Source: Clostridia bacterium (GTDB lineage Bacteria > Bacillota > Clostridia > Oscillospirales > JAAYXM01). From it: a stretch of DNA of 64,000 nt. A program made the translations under genes and the position numbers. The DNA lies in NCBI GenBank assembly GCA_017559855.1, contig JAFYQP010000058.1, positions 615 to 64,614 on the forward strand, given 5' to 3'. The notes below the pieces were generated by a model. That model saw nothing but the letters and a program-made list of their open reading frames with translations, did no database searches and was not told where the DNA came from. Of this stretch, positions 54,038 through 62,859 are shown one piece after another (the stretch's first letter is position 1; each line of letters begins with the position of its first letter).

Positions 54038-54898
54038 TTAGCGAACATCCTCAACTTTGCTCTCAAGTCTCTCCTCCATACGGGCAGGATTCTTAAGAAA
54101 CTTCTTCATCATCTTAAGCGAGCGTGCAAAATATAACCCGTCACACACACGCTCATCGGAAACGAAGCCGAAACTGATATGCTTCTGAGGTACAATTTCT
54201 CCTCCGTCAACAACCGCAACCTTCTTCTCCTTACCCATAGCAAGGAAAAGTCCGGTTGTGCCAAATTCATAAATATGATGGAATACATGATTTATTCCAA
54301 GTGATTTTAAGTTCGTTATAAAAAGAGATGTATGGAAGGGACTTGCCTCGATAACCGCTTTGGGCATAATGTTATGTCTGTCCATGAACATAAGCGTATT
54401 TACAATTAAGCGGATAATTGGTGACGGAACACGGGTAATCACCTTTGCAAGGGTATCGGTTGAATTCTCATCACCCTTATGTGCGGTGGTTTCCTTAACA
54501 ACCGCATCGTGAATTGCATCTGCAATTTCGTCCAGACTTTCGGTACCGTCAAAGCAGAGTTTAATCGTTGTTTCCTCTTGCTCCGTTCTGAATGAGTGAT
54601 GAACCGCAAAACTTACCCATATTTTATTTCTTGCATATATTCTGCCGTTCATAATGAAACGGTTCATCTGCGGACGAAGTGCGATTGTACGCACTGCCGC
54701 TGCAATCCAAAGTTGCATATAATCAAGTTTCTTACCCTCTGCCTCACGCTTTGCAATATATGCGTCCATACCGTCACATGGGATACTCTCTTCAAACATT
54801 GTCATAGAGTCGGTTCTTGTTTTCATAATATAAGGCATAATTTTTGCAAATGGATCAACATTTTTCACAAGACGTCCATCATATCTTTTTCCGAACAT
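54038..54898 (-). CDS. stand-alone 2-oxoacid-dehydrogenase-E2/CAT-like acyltransferase domain protein
   Basis: 286 aa. The C-terminal SDERVCDG aligns by eye to the DHRxxDG (E2) and HHAVCDG (CAT) catalytic motifs, with Glu in place of His. Confidence 0.65.
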   Translation of the reverse strand: MFGKRYDGRLVKNVDPFAKIMPYIMKTRTDSMTMFEESIPCDGMDAYIAKREAEGKKLDYMQLWIAAAVRTIALRPQMNRFIMNGRIYARNKIWVSFAVHHSFRTEQEETTIKLCFDGTESLDEIADAIHDAVVKETTAHKGDENSTDTLAKVITRVPSPIIRLIVNTLMFMDRHNIMPKAVIEASPFHTSLFITNLKSLGINHVFHHIYEFGTTGLFLAMGKEKKVAVVDGGEIVPQKHISFGFVSDERVCDGLYFARSLKMMKKFLKNPARMEERLESKVEDVR

Positions 54899-55009
54899 AA
54901 ATCTTCCCCTTTTTTTAATTCATATGTTATTATTTTACACAATTTCTGTTAAATAATCAAGTTATTTATTTTACACTTTTCGCATTTTCCAAAACATATA
55001 ATAACAAAA

Positions 55010-55037
55010 CCCCTCAGGATGCATTGATCCTGAGGGG
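55010..55037. terminator. bidirectional intrinsic terminator
   Basis: 11-bp stem cccctcaggat/atcctgagggg with a 6-nt loop, flanked by A4 and T5. On the minus strand it follows the 36-aa peptide gene. Confidence 0.8.
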
Positions 55038-55078
55038 TTTTTAGGTACATTATTCTTCACTTTTGTATTTACATTGGT

Positions 55079-55189
55079 TTAGCAGCACTCGTTGCCACAG
55101 AAGCCCCAAATTACGATAACCGCAATAAGGATAACAAGCCATGTGCAGTTGTTTGCTCCAAAGATACCGTTGTTGTCTTTACATAACAT
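55079..55189 (-). CDS. 36-aa Cys-rich hydrophobic peptide (MLCKDNNGIFGANNCTWLVILIAVIVIWGFCGNECC)
   Basis: Below the ORF-track size cutoff. ATG at 55189 with GGAGG 9 nt upstream and TAA at 55079-81. It has its own terminator (55010-37) and promoter-like elements, and sits in an otherwise empty 350-bp gap. Confidence 0.6.
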   Translation of the reverse strand: MLCKDNNGIFGANNCTWLVILIAVIVIWGFCGNECC

Positions 55190-55220
55190 AAAACGAAACC
55201 TCCTAAAAGTGTTCTCACTT

Positions 55221-55247
55221 TATATTATGCCAGAGGTTTTTTATGGT
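55221..55247 (-). promoter_or_regulatory. possible sigmaK-type (mother-cell, late sporulation) promoter for the 36-aa peptide
   Basis: On the minus strand: AC, 16 nt, CATAATATA. This fits the B. subtilis sigmaK consensus AC-16/17-CATAnnnTA. A weak sigmaA reading (TGTAAC-17-ATAATA) is also possible. Confidence 0.3.
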
Positions 55248-55253
55248 TACAGT

Positions 55254-56645
55254 TTAAACCCTATGGCTCATCCATTTATCGCCACGCATTCGCATAGTGG
55301 CAAATGCCATTCGCATTATCTGATCCACAAAAAGACCTATCCACGCGCCAATAACTCCAAGCCCCACCGGATAGCACAGTATCCAACTGATAATCGGACG
55401 TACAATCGCAAGGTTAATCATCGAGATAAACGCCATATATTTAGCATCTCCCGCACCTCGCAGACATCCGCCGTAAATAACCTGCGGCACCTGGAAGAAT
55501 ACGGTGGCAACTGAAATAGGAAGCAATTTCATACACAACGAGAGAACGGCGGCATCATCGGTGTAAAGTGAGTACATAAAGTGTCCTGCGGTAAAATAAA
55601 ACGTCGCTATTAAAATGGTTAGCAGTACACCTATACGCAACGTTGCACGCGTATAAATTCTTGCAAGGTCTCGCCTCTTTGAGCCCAAACTCTGTCCAAC
55701 AAGTGCAATGGATGCACCGCTCAAGCCATCACCGAATGCAAAAGATAGACTGAGTACGTTAATTGCTATCTGATGTGCCGCAAATGAGTCGGTACCCAGA
55801 TCTGCAATAATACGTGAATACAGAAGAAATCCTATTCTCATAAAAATCTGTTCGGTCAACGTACTTGAACCTAAACTTAAAATCGACTTCATTGTTTCAG
55901 CGTCAAATATAATCCTCTTTACACCTCTGAGTGTAAGGAACGATTTTTTGCTCATAACCGAGAAAATACTCATACCGCAACCGATAATAATACCGACCAC
56001 GGTTGCAATAGCCGCACCTTGTATTCCAAGTCGAGGAAATCCAAGATTACCGCCGATGAGCAGATAGTTTAAGACAACGTTTGTCAGGTTTGCAACGATG
56101 TTTGTACGCATCGAGATTTTCGTGTTGCCCGCACCTCGTTGTGCCGCATTTATAACAAGCATAATAACCTGAAAAATCATGCCCATCATTATAATTTTAA
56201 AGTAGGATGCGGCAAGTTGGTGTGTGTCTGCTTGCGTTCCCGCAAGTTTTAAGATAGGACCGGCAAAAACAATACATAACACGGAAATAATCGCCGCAAG
56301 GCACACAACAATCACGAGTGCCTGAACAAGCACACGTTGTGCACTTTCCTTGTCATTCTGTCCTCTTCTGTGTGCAACAATCGCACTTATTGCAACGTTT
56401 AATGACATAAAAAGGCAGAGTGCTATAAATTTCGGTTGCGTGGTGAGACCTACGGCGGCAATCGCCTCTTTACCCAAAGAACCCACCATCATCATGTCTA
56501 TCATTCCGACAAGGAATACCAACACGGATTCCGCAACCGCAGGCCAGGCTATTCTCAGCGTTTTTTTGAGAATTTCATTGCCCTGAGGTATCTCTCCCTC
56601 GACATTTACGCCACGAGATAAACTTTTAACGTCAAAAAGTCCCAT
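55254..56645 (-). CDS. MATE-family efflux transporter
   Basis: 463 aa with twelve TM segments. The N-terminus ILKKTLRIAWPAVAESVL is typical of MATE/NorM-like proteins. Confidence 0.92.
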   Translation of the reverse strand: MGLFDVKSLSRGVNVEGEIPQGNEILKKTLRIAWPAVAESVLVFLVGMIDMMMVGSLGKEAIAAVGLTTQPKFIALCLFMSLNVAISAIVAHRRGQNDKESAQRVLVQALVIVVCLAAIISVLCIVFAGPILKLAGTQADTHQLAASYFKIIMMGMIFQVIMLVINAAQRGAGNTKISMRTNIVANLTNVVLNYLLIGGNLGFPRLGIQGAAIATVVGIIIGCGMSIFSVMSKKSFLTLRGVKRIIFDAETMKSILSLGSSTLTEQIFMRIGFLLYSRIIADLGTDSFAAHQIAINVLSLSFAFGDGLSGASIALVGQSLGSKRRDLARIYTRATLRIGVLLTILIATFYFTAGHFMYSLYTDDAAVLSLCMKLLPISVATVFFQVPQVIYGGCLRGAGDAKYMAFISMINLAIVRPIISWILCYPVGLGVIGAWIGLFVDQIMRMAFATMRMRGDKWMSHRV

Positions 56646-56668
56646 ACTGTATCACCGATTAAATTATA

Positions 56669-58882
56669 TTATTTTTCAATATTAAGTTCAATACGTCGCT
56701 TCAGAGCACTGTATCTGTTTCGTGCCTTGTTATTCTCCACCATTGTACCTATGGTATGGGGGTTGCTTACAAGAATAAGAAGTTCTTTCGCACGGGTAAT
56801 CGCCGTATATAAAACGCTTCTGTGTAAAAGTCTCTTCGCACCGCCAAGTGCCGCAAACACAACCGCACGGAATTCGCTTCCCTGTGCTTTGTGCACGGTC
56901 ATTGCATAGGCAAGTTCAAGTTCGTTAAGCATTGTAAATGCGTAATGACAAACCTTGTCATCGTACTTTACACTAAGTATCTCATCACCTACGTCAATGC
57001 TGATAATTTCGCCAACATCGCCGTTGAAAACACCCATTCCGTTTTCTTTTCCGTCTATACTGTACCACGGCAGGTCGTAATTATTTCTTATCTGCATTAC
57101 CCTGTCCCCTTCACGGAACAGTTTCTCGCCCAAGCGTTTCTCGTTTTTATCCTTTGACGGCGGATTAAGTGCCTCCTGAAGTTTTCGATTCAAAATCACC
57201 GTACCAACCTCAAATTTTCTGCTTGGGGTAAGCACTTGTATCTGATTTGAAGGTATGTCCATTTTATTCGGCAAACGGTTAACGCAAAGATCAACCACTG
57301 TGTCTACAACCTCGTTCACACCTTCACGACGAAGGAAGAAAAGGTCTGTATCCTTTCTCGAAAAGTCCGGATACTCGCCGTTGTTTATTGCGTGTGCACC
57401 AACGACAATATTACTTTCCGCCGCCTGACGGAAAATTTCGGTCAGACGCACGGTTGGTATATACTCCGATGTCACAAGATCCTTTAAAATGTTACCCGCA
57501 CCGATTGACGGCAACTGATCGGCATCGCCAACTAAAATCAAGCGGCAATCCGGTCTCATTGCATCAAGAGTTGCACGCATAAGCATTATATCAATCATTG
57601 ACACCTCGTCCAAAATAAGAACGTCGGCATCAAGAGGATTATCACGATTAATACCGAAATTCGGGAACATTCCTCCTTCGGAATAGTCCATCTCCAACAT
57701 TCGGTGAATTGTTTTCGCCTCCATACCGCAGAACTCGCTCATTCTCTTTGCTGCACGTCCGGTCGGGGCGGCAAGTTGCACCTTAAGCCCCATTTTTTCA
57801 AACATAGCAAGGATGCCGCAAATTACCGTGGTTTTACCCGTACCCGGACCACCCGTTATTACCATAACCGCATTGTTTGCCGCAGATTTTATCGCCTCTT
57901 TTTGAAGCGGTGCATACTGTATATTGTTGGCCTTCTCGATTTTTTCTATTATACGAGCGGCATCGGCCTTTTCCCCGTCATAACTTGCCATGAGTCTTAC
58001 AAGGCGTTTTGCGATAAAACACTCCGCCTCATACAGATGTGAAAGATAAACCGCAAATTCTCCGCTTATCTCCTCTATCATAATAAGGCCATCCTCGTAA
58101 AGACCGTCAATTGTGTCCTCGACAAGTTCTATATCAACGTCAATTAAATCAGCAGTTGCAAGGGATAGTTTTCGTCTGGGAATAAAGGCATGTCCTCCCT
58201 CCGCATTGTAGGAAAGTTCATAAAGCACCGCCGCTTCAACACGCTCCATGGAGTTGCCACTCATACCCAATTTATCGGCAAGACTGTCTGCTTTTGAAAA
58301 TTCAACACCCAACTCCATATTGGTAAGAAGGTAAGGATTATCCCTGATAAGCCCAATGGATGCCACGCCGTAAAGGGAATACAGACGCAGAGCGATAGAC
58401 GGCTCGATGTCATTTTCCACCAAAAATTCGATAAGTCGTGAAATAGCGTTTTGCATTTGAAAATCCTTCGATATTTCCTCTGCTTTACGCACGGTAATAC
58501 CTGAAATTTCAGTCAAACGCATAGGATCGTTTTCTATTACGTCAAAGGAATCCTTGCCGAAACGCTCTACAATTTTTACCGCGGTTTTCCTTCCTATTCC
58601 ACGCACGGTTCCGGATGAAAGATACTCAAGAATCGCACCTTCGGTTGCAGGGAGAGACCGTTCACATTCTTCAATTTTAAATTGCTCACCATATGCGGGA
58701 TGACGTATCCACTGCCCCACAATCGCAAGATGTTCGCCCACACCTGCACGGGGTACGCAACCCACCGCGGTAAAAGCGTCGCCACCGGCGGTATTTATAC
58801 GCAACACGGCATAGCCGTTATCATCGTTACGAAAGATAACCGCCTCGCAAACACCTTCAATTCTTATCATTTCCTCTGACAT
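56669..58882 (-). CDS. recD2: ATP-dependent RecD2-like SF1B DNA helicase
   Basis: Walker A GGPGTGKTT, LILVGDADQLPS, and the C-terminal motif TVHKAQGSEF. I prefer the ATG at 58882 (GGAGGA 11 nt upstream). Confidence 0.93.
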   Translation of the reverse strand: MSEEMIRIEGVCEAVIFRNDDNGYAVLRINTAGGDAFTAVGCVPRAGVGEHLAIVGQWIRHPAYGEQFKIEECERSLPATEGAILEYLSSGTVRGIGRKTAVKIVERFGKDSFDVIENDPMRLTEISGITVRKAEEISKDFQMQNAISRLIEFLVENDIEPSIALRLYSLYGVASIGLIRDNPYLLTNMELGVEFSKADSLADKLGMSGNSMERVEAAVLYELSYNAEGGHAFIPRRKLSLATADLIDVDIELVEDTIDGLYEDGLIMIEEISGEFAVYLSHLYEAECFIAKRLVRLMASYDGEKADAARIIEKIEKANNIQYAPLQKEAIKSAANNAVMVITGGPGTGKTTVICGILAMFEKMGLKVQLAAPTGRAAKRMSEFCGMEAKTIHRMLEMDYSEGGMFPNFGINRDNPLDADVLILDEVSMIDIMLMRATLDAMRPDCRLILVGDADQLPSIGAGNILKDLVTSEYIPTVRLTEIFRQAAESNIVVGAHAINNGEYPDFSRKDTDLFFLRREGVNEVVDTVVDLCVNRLPNKMDIPSNQIQVLTPSRKFEVGTVILNRKLQEALNPPSKDKNEKRLGEKLFREGDRVMQIRNNYDLPWYSIDGKENGMGVFNGDVGEIISIDVGDEILSVKYDDKVCHYAFTMLNELELAYAMTVHKAQGSEFRAVVFAALGGAKRLLHRSVLYTAITRAKELLILVSNPHTIGTMVENNKARNRYSALKRRIELNIEK

Positions 58883-59144
58883 ATAAATCAAATTCCTCCG
58901 GTGAAAATACCATTACGTTTTCGGGGACAACGCCCTTAACATCCACATTAGTAACTACAATAACTTCTTTAAAAACCGCACTGAGTGCAACAGCACTTCC
59001 GGCTATATCACTTGCATCATCACTTATGATAACGCCTGCAACGTGTGTATCTTTATGTACTCTCGGTTGAAACAATGCCCAGAAAGTAACCGCAATTCCG
59101 GCACAACACAGAAAAGCCACAATTGCATCATATAAAATCGGCAT
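58857..59144 (-). CDS. hypothetical small membrane-anchored protein
   Basis: 95 aa with one N-terminal TM helix (AIVAFLCCAGIAVTFWALF). The GGTGAG RBS lies in the 3' arm of the upstream hairpin. Its 3' end overlaps the recD2 start by 26 nt. Confidence 0.5.
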   Translation of the reverse strand: MPILYDAIVAFLCCAGIAVTFWALFQPRVHKDTHVAGVIISDDASDIAGSAVALSAVFKEVIVVTNVDVKGVVPENVMVFSPEEFDLYVRGNDKN

Positions 59145-59147
59145 AAA

Positions 59148-59188
59148 AAACTCACCTCTGTGACCATCTTATGCCATGAGGTGAGTTT
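59148..59188 (-). terminator. hairpin between the export-protein gene and the 95-aa ORF
   Basis: 11-bp stem aaactcacctc/gaggtgagttt with a 19-nt loop and a T-run on the minus strand. Its 3' arm contains the RBS of the 95-aa ORF. Confidence 0.5.
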
Positions 59189-59192
59189 TGGT

Positions 59193-59663
59193 TTATAAGA
59201 TAAAATTTAAAAACCCAAGAAAACCATAGGATACGCCACCCACCAAAAGACCTGCGATAACAACACCTGCAAAAATCGCAGGCAAGGAGGTCTTAAGTCG
59301 GATGTCAAGCAACGCAGCAAGTAGTGCACCACTCCACGCACCCGTGCCCGGAAGTGGGATTCCCACAAAAATTGCAAGACCTATCGCCTCATATTTTTTA
59401 ACAACAGCACTTTTTTTCATAACTCTGGTTTCAAGCCAGGTTATCTGTTTGGTAAGCCAATTCTTTTTACGACAAAAATCAAATATTTTTCTTATGAATA
59501 AGATGATAAAAGGTACAGGTAAAAGGTTAGCAAGAATTGCAATTATTACACATTCCCAAAAAGGTAAATCCATCGCCGCACCATAGGGAATGCCTCCCCT
59601 TAATTCAATAAACGGTACCGCAGATATAAGCATAAGTATAATTGCATGTTTTAAATTCGTCAT
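59193..59663 (-). CDS. small multidrug-export-like membrane protein (COG2426 / Sm_multidrug_ex family)
   Basis: 156 aa from MTNLKHAIILMLISAVPFIELRGGIPYG (GGAGG 5 nt upstream). The track start at 59696 lies inside a TATAAT box. Confidence 0.8.
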   Translation of the reverse strand: MTNLKHAIILMLISAVPFIELRGGIPYGAAMDLPFWECVIIAILANLLPVPFIILFIRKIFDFCRKKNWLTKQITWLETRVMKKSAVVKKYEAIGLAIFVGIPLPGTGAWSGALLAALLDIRLKTSLPAIFAGVVIAGLLVGGVSYGFLGFLNFIL

Positions 59664-59710
59664 AATATCCTCCAGGCAAATTTTACATACACTCATTATA
59701 ACATAAAAAT

Positions 59711-59739
59711 GTCGGGAAACAAATACCTGTTTTCCGACT
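59711..59739 (-). terminator. intrinsic terminator after ribU
   Basis: 11-bp stem gtcgggaaaca/tgttttccgac with T-runs on both strands. Confidence 0.75.
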
Positions 59740-59747
59740 TTTTAAAA

Positions 59748-60293
59748 TTATTTTTCAATTCTTTCAATAAGGCGACGAAGGGGTTTATATAAGAAGTAGG
59801 TTATACAAGCATTTCCTCCCGCTTTTATCAAATTAAATAAAATTATAAACGGCAATAACTGCACAACCGCAGAAACCGGAATTCCCATATAATACGGTAA
59901 AACAAGAAGATCCCATAAAACCATTGTGCACACCATTGCCAAAGTGCCTGCAATCAATGCTATGCGTGCGGTTTTTCTGGTCTTGTTTCTTTTGTAGATA
60001 AATCCTGCGGATATTACGAAACTTCCGGTTGCAACAACGTGCATTATAATACCTACAATTCCGTCCTTAACACAAACCGTAACACCTTGAATTATACTTG
60101 CCACTGCGGTAAGTGCAAGTCCCCACCAAGGGCCAAACATAAACGAACCGATAAAGATCGGTATATCTGCAGGATCATACTCCATAAAAGGTATCACCGG
60201 GAATATCGGAAAATGTACAAACCATATCAGGATAACCGATATTGCCACAAACATAGCAAGTGTAACCAATCTGACAATTTCTTTTCTCTTCAT
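59748..60293 (-). CDS. ribU: ECF-transporter S component, riboflavin-specific (RibU-like)
   Basis: 181 aa with six TM segments. It lies directly downstream of an FMN riboswitch. Confidence 0.85.
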   Translation of the reverse strand: MKRKEIVRLVTLAMFVAISVILIWFVHFPIFPVIPFMEYDPADIPIFIGSFMFGPWWGLALTAVASIIQGVTVCVKDGIVGIIMHVVATGSFVISAGFIYKRNKTRKTARIALIAGTLAMVCTMVLWDLLVLPYYMGIPVSAVVQLLPFIILFNLIKAGGNACITYFLYKPLRRLIERIEK

Positions 60294-60318
60294 AAAACCA
60301 TATCTCCCTTTTGGGCAT

Positions 60319-60345
60319 AAAAAATTGCCCTGAAATTTTCAGGGC
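60319..60345 (-). terminator. FMN-riboswitch expression-platform terminator
   Basis: Stem gccctga/tcagggc followed by aaTTTTTT on the minus strand, between the aptamer and the ribU RBS. Confidence 0.7.
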
Positions 60346-60365
60346 ATACAAAAAGACAAAGTTAT

Positions 60366-60500
60366 ACCGCATCTTCTTCCATCCGGACTATACCGTCGGC
60401 GTTGGAATCTCACCAAACTCAATTGCGTTATACGCAAGTCGCGGGCTTATCGGCTATACCGAATTACCGCCGGTGGGGAATTACACCCCGCCCTGAAGAT
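60366..60500 (-). promoter_or_regulatory. FMN riboswitch (RFN element)
   Basis: The minus strand reads ucuucagggcggggugUAAUUCCCCACCGGCGGUAa...AGCCCGCGAc...gguGAGAUUCCAACGCCGACGGUAUAGUCCGGAUGGaagaaga. This matches the conserved RFN core (AAUUCCC-ACCGGCGGU, AGCCCGCG, AUUCC...GCCGAC-GU-UAGUC-GGAUG). Confidence 0.9.
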
Positions 60501-60506
60501 ACTATT

Positions 60507-60535
60507 AATATAACACACCTTTTATTACTGTGCAA
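60507..60535 (-). promoter_or_regulatory. sigmaA-type promoter driving the FMN riboswitch-ribU unit
   Basis: On the minus strand: TTGCAC, 17 nt, TATATT, placing the TSS at about the first riboswitch helix. Confidence 0.55.
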
Positions 60536-60576
60536 TACCTATGTGGGTAAAATTTAGAAAAAAAGTAAAAAAAGTA

Positions 60577-60605
60577 TTGAAAAACTTTTTCTTTTATGTT
60601 ATGAT
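60577..60605 (+). promoter_or_regulatory. sigmaA-type promoter of secG
   Basis: TTGAAA, 17 nt, TATGAT, with a TGt extended -10. Confidence 0.55.
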
Positions 60606-60657
60606 ATTTATCGCATAAGGCTTTATGCAAGTAAATTTAAAGAGGAGTTTTTAAACT

Positions 60658-60885
60658 ATGCAACTTATATTAACTATCGTGCAGGTTATTCTTTGCCTGT
60701 TTTTAATTGGTACCATCTTACTTCAGCCCAGCAAGCACACAGGCATTAACGGTACAATCTCCGGTGCTGCTGATTCCTTCCTTTCAAAGAATCAGTCCAA
60801 ATCCTGGGAGTCAATCCTTTCAAAGGTTACTACCGTAGTTTCCGTCTTATTTATCGTGTGCACATTGGCACTCTACATCCTGTAA
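60658..60885 (+). CDS. secG: preprotein translocase subunit SecG
   Basis: 75 aa with two TM segments. LFLIGTILLQPSKHTG is the typical SecG motif (LLQxxKG-like). Confidence 0.9.
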   Translation: MQLILTIVQVILCLFLIGTILLQPSKHTGINGTISGAADSFLSKNQSKSWESILSKVTTVVSVLFIVCTLALYIL

Positions 60886-60892
60886 AAGTCAC

Positions 60893-60917
60893 GGTCTTCC
60901 GCCTAAAGCGGAAGACC
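60893..60917 (+). terminator. intrinsic terminator after secG
   Basis: 10-bp stem ggtcttccgc/gcggaagacc followed by TCTTTT. Confidence 0.7.
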
Positions 60918-60952
60918 TCTTTTATGTCTGTCTTATGAGAGGAGCATTTTAC

Positions 60953-62776
60953 TTGAGAGATCAAACCATTCGCAACATTGCAATCATTGCACACGTTGAC
61001 CACGGCAAAACAACATTGGTCGACGAAATGTTAAAGCAAGGCGGCACTTTCCGTGAAAACCAAGTGGTTGCCGATCGTGTTATGGACTCAAATGACATTG
61101 AACGTGAACGCGGCATAACCATTCTTGCAAAAAATACCGCCATTGCATACAAAGATATTAAAATTAACATTATCGACACTCCCGGACACGCTGATTTCGG
61201 CGGCGAGGTTGAGCGTATTCTTAAAATGGTTGACGGTGTTATACTTTTAGTAGACGCCGCAGAAGGTCCTATGCCACAGACAAGATTCGTTCTTCAGAAA
61301 GCACTTGATTTAGGACATCGTGTAATAGTTGTTGTCAACAAAATTGACCGCCAGGACGCACGACTTGACGAAATTGAAGACGAAGTTTTAGAACTTCTTC
61401 TCGAACTTGACGCAAATGAAGAACAACTTGACTCCCCTATTCTCTACTGTTCTGCCCGTGCAGGTACTGCAAGTGAATCACCCGATTTTCCCGGTGTTGA
61501 CTTAAAACCCTTGCTTGACAAAATTGTAGATTATATCCCCGCCCCCGTTGCTGACAAAGAAGCACCTCTTTCAATGCTCGTCTCCTCCATTGACTATAAC
61601 GACTATGTAGGCCGTATTGGTATCGGACGAATTGAAACCGGTTTATTGAAGTTAAATCAAGAGGTTATGGTATGCGATTACCACGGTTTAAGAGAACCTA
61701 AGAAATCAAAAATTACCGCGATTTATGAATTTGAAGGATTAGAACGTGTACCGGTAACAGAGGCATCTGCCGGAAGTATCGTTGCATTTTCCGGTATGAG
61801 TGAAATCACAATCGGTGACACGGTTTGTGATCCGCTTGATCCCAAGCCGCTCCCCTTCGTTAAAATTTCAGAACCTACCGTCGAGATGACCTTCTCGGTA
61901 AACGATTCACCCTTTGCAGGTCGTGAAGGAAAGTTTGTAACCACAAGAAACCTTCGTGACCGCCTGCAACGTGAACTTTTAAAGGATGTGTCTCTCCGCG
62001 TTTCCGACGTTGAAGGCTCAATGGATTCATTCTCGGTAGCAGGTCGAGGTGAAATGCACCTTTCCATTCTAATTGAGACAATGCGTCGTGAAGGTTATGA
62101 ATTTCAGGTTAGCACACCCAGAGTTTTATACAAAGAGATAGACGGCGTTCTCTGCGAACCGATAGAACAACTCACAATAGACGTGCCTGAAGACTCCCTC
62201 GGCTCGGTTATGGAGAAGATGGGTTCCCGAAAAGCGGAACTTACACATATGACGCCCTTTGGCAGTCGTATGCGTGTGGAGTTTTTAATCCCGTCCCGTG
62301 GTCTTTTCGGTTACAGAAATGAATTTTTGACCGATACAAAGGGCGAAGGTGTGCTTAACACAATTTTCCACAGTTATGCACCTTTCAAAGGCGATATTCC
62401 CCGTCGAAACACCGGCTCGCTTATTGCCTTCGAGACCGGTGATGCTGTTGCATACGGACTTTTCAATGCACAGGACCGTGGTGCACTTTTCATTGATGCA
62501 GGCACTCCGGTTTATGAAGGTATGGTTGTTGGCGTATCGCCCAAATCCGATGACATCACGGTAAACGTGTGCAAACGCAAACAACTTACCAATATGCGTG
62601 CATCAGGTAGCGACGATGCTCTTCGGCTTATCCCGCCGAGAAGAATGAGTCTTGAGCAAATGCTTGAATTTTTAGCGGACGACGAACTTTTAGAGGTAAC
62701 TCCGGAAAACCTGAGAATTCGCAAAAGAATTCTCGACCACGCAAGCAGAATGAAAGCACTTAAAGGAAACAAGTAA
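60953..62776 (+). CDS. typA: translational GTPase TypA/BipA
   Basis: [33 protein letters not shown] prefer the TTG at 60953 (GAGGAG 9 nt upstream) over the ATG at 60935. Confidence 0.96.
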   Translation: MRDQTIRNIAIIAHVDHGKTTLVDEMLKQGGTFRENQVVADRVMDSNDIERERGITILAKNTAIAYKDIKINIIDTPGHADFGGEVERILKMVDGVILLVDAAEGPMPQTRFVLQKALDLGHRVIVVVNKIDRQDARLDEIEDEVLELLLELDANEEQLDSPILYCSARAGTASESPDFPGVDLKPLLDKIVDYIPAPVADKEAPLSMLVSSIDYNDYVGRIGIGRIETGLLKLNQEVMVCDYHGLREPKKSKITAIYEFEGLERVPVTEASAGSIVAFSGMSEITIGDTVCDPLDPKPLPFVKISEPTVEMTFSVNDSPFAGREGKFVTTRNLRDRLQRELLKDVSLRVSDVEGSMDSFSVAGRGEMHLSILIETMRREGYEFQVSTPRVLYKEIDGVLCEPIEQLTIDVPEDSLGSVMEKMGSRKAELTHMTPFGSRMRVEFLIPSRGLFGYRNEFLTDTKGEGVLNTIFHSYAPFKGDIPRRNTGSLIAFETGDAVAYGLFNAQDRGALFIDAGTPVYEGMVVGVSPKSDDITVNVCKRKQLTNMRASGSDDALRLIPPRRMSLEQMLEFLADDELLEVTPENLRIRKRILDHASRMKALKGNK

Positions 62777-62781
62777 AAAAA

Positions 62782-62794
62782 CGGGCTTTGCCCG
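62782..62794 (+). terminator. intrinsic terminator after typA
   Basis: Stem cgggc-ttt-gcccg with A/T extension, followed by T7. Confidence 0.7.
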
Positions 62795-62859
62795 TTTTTT
62801 TATTGATTTTATGTACCTTTTAGTATAAAATATAAATATTATGCGGTGAGGTGATTGAG

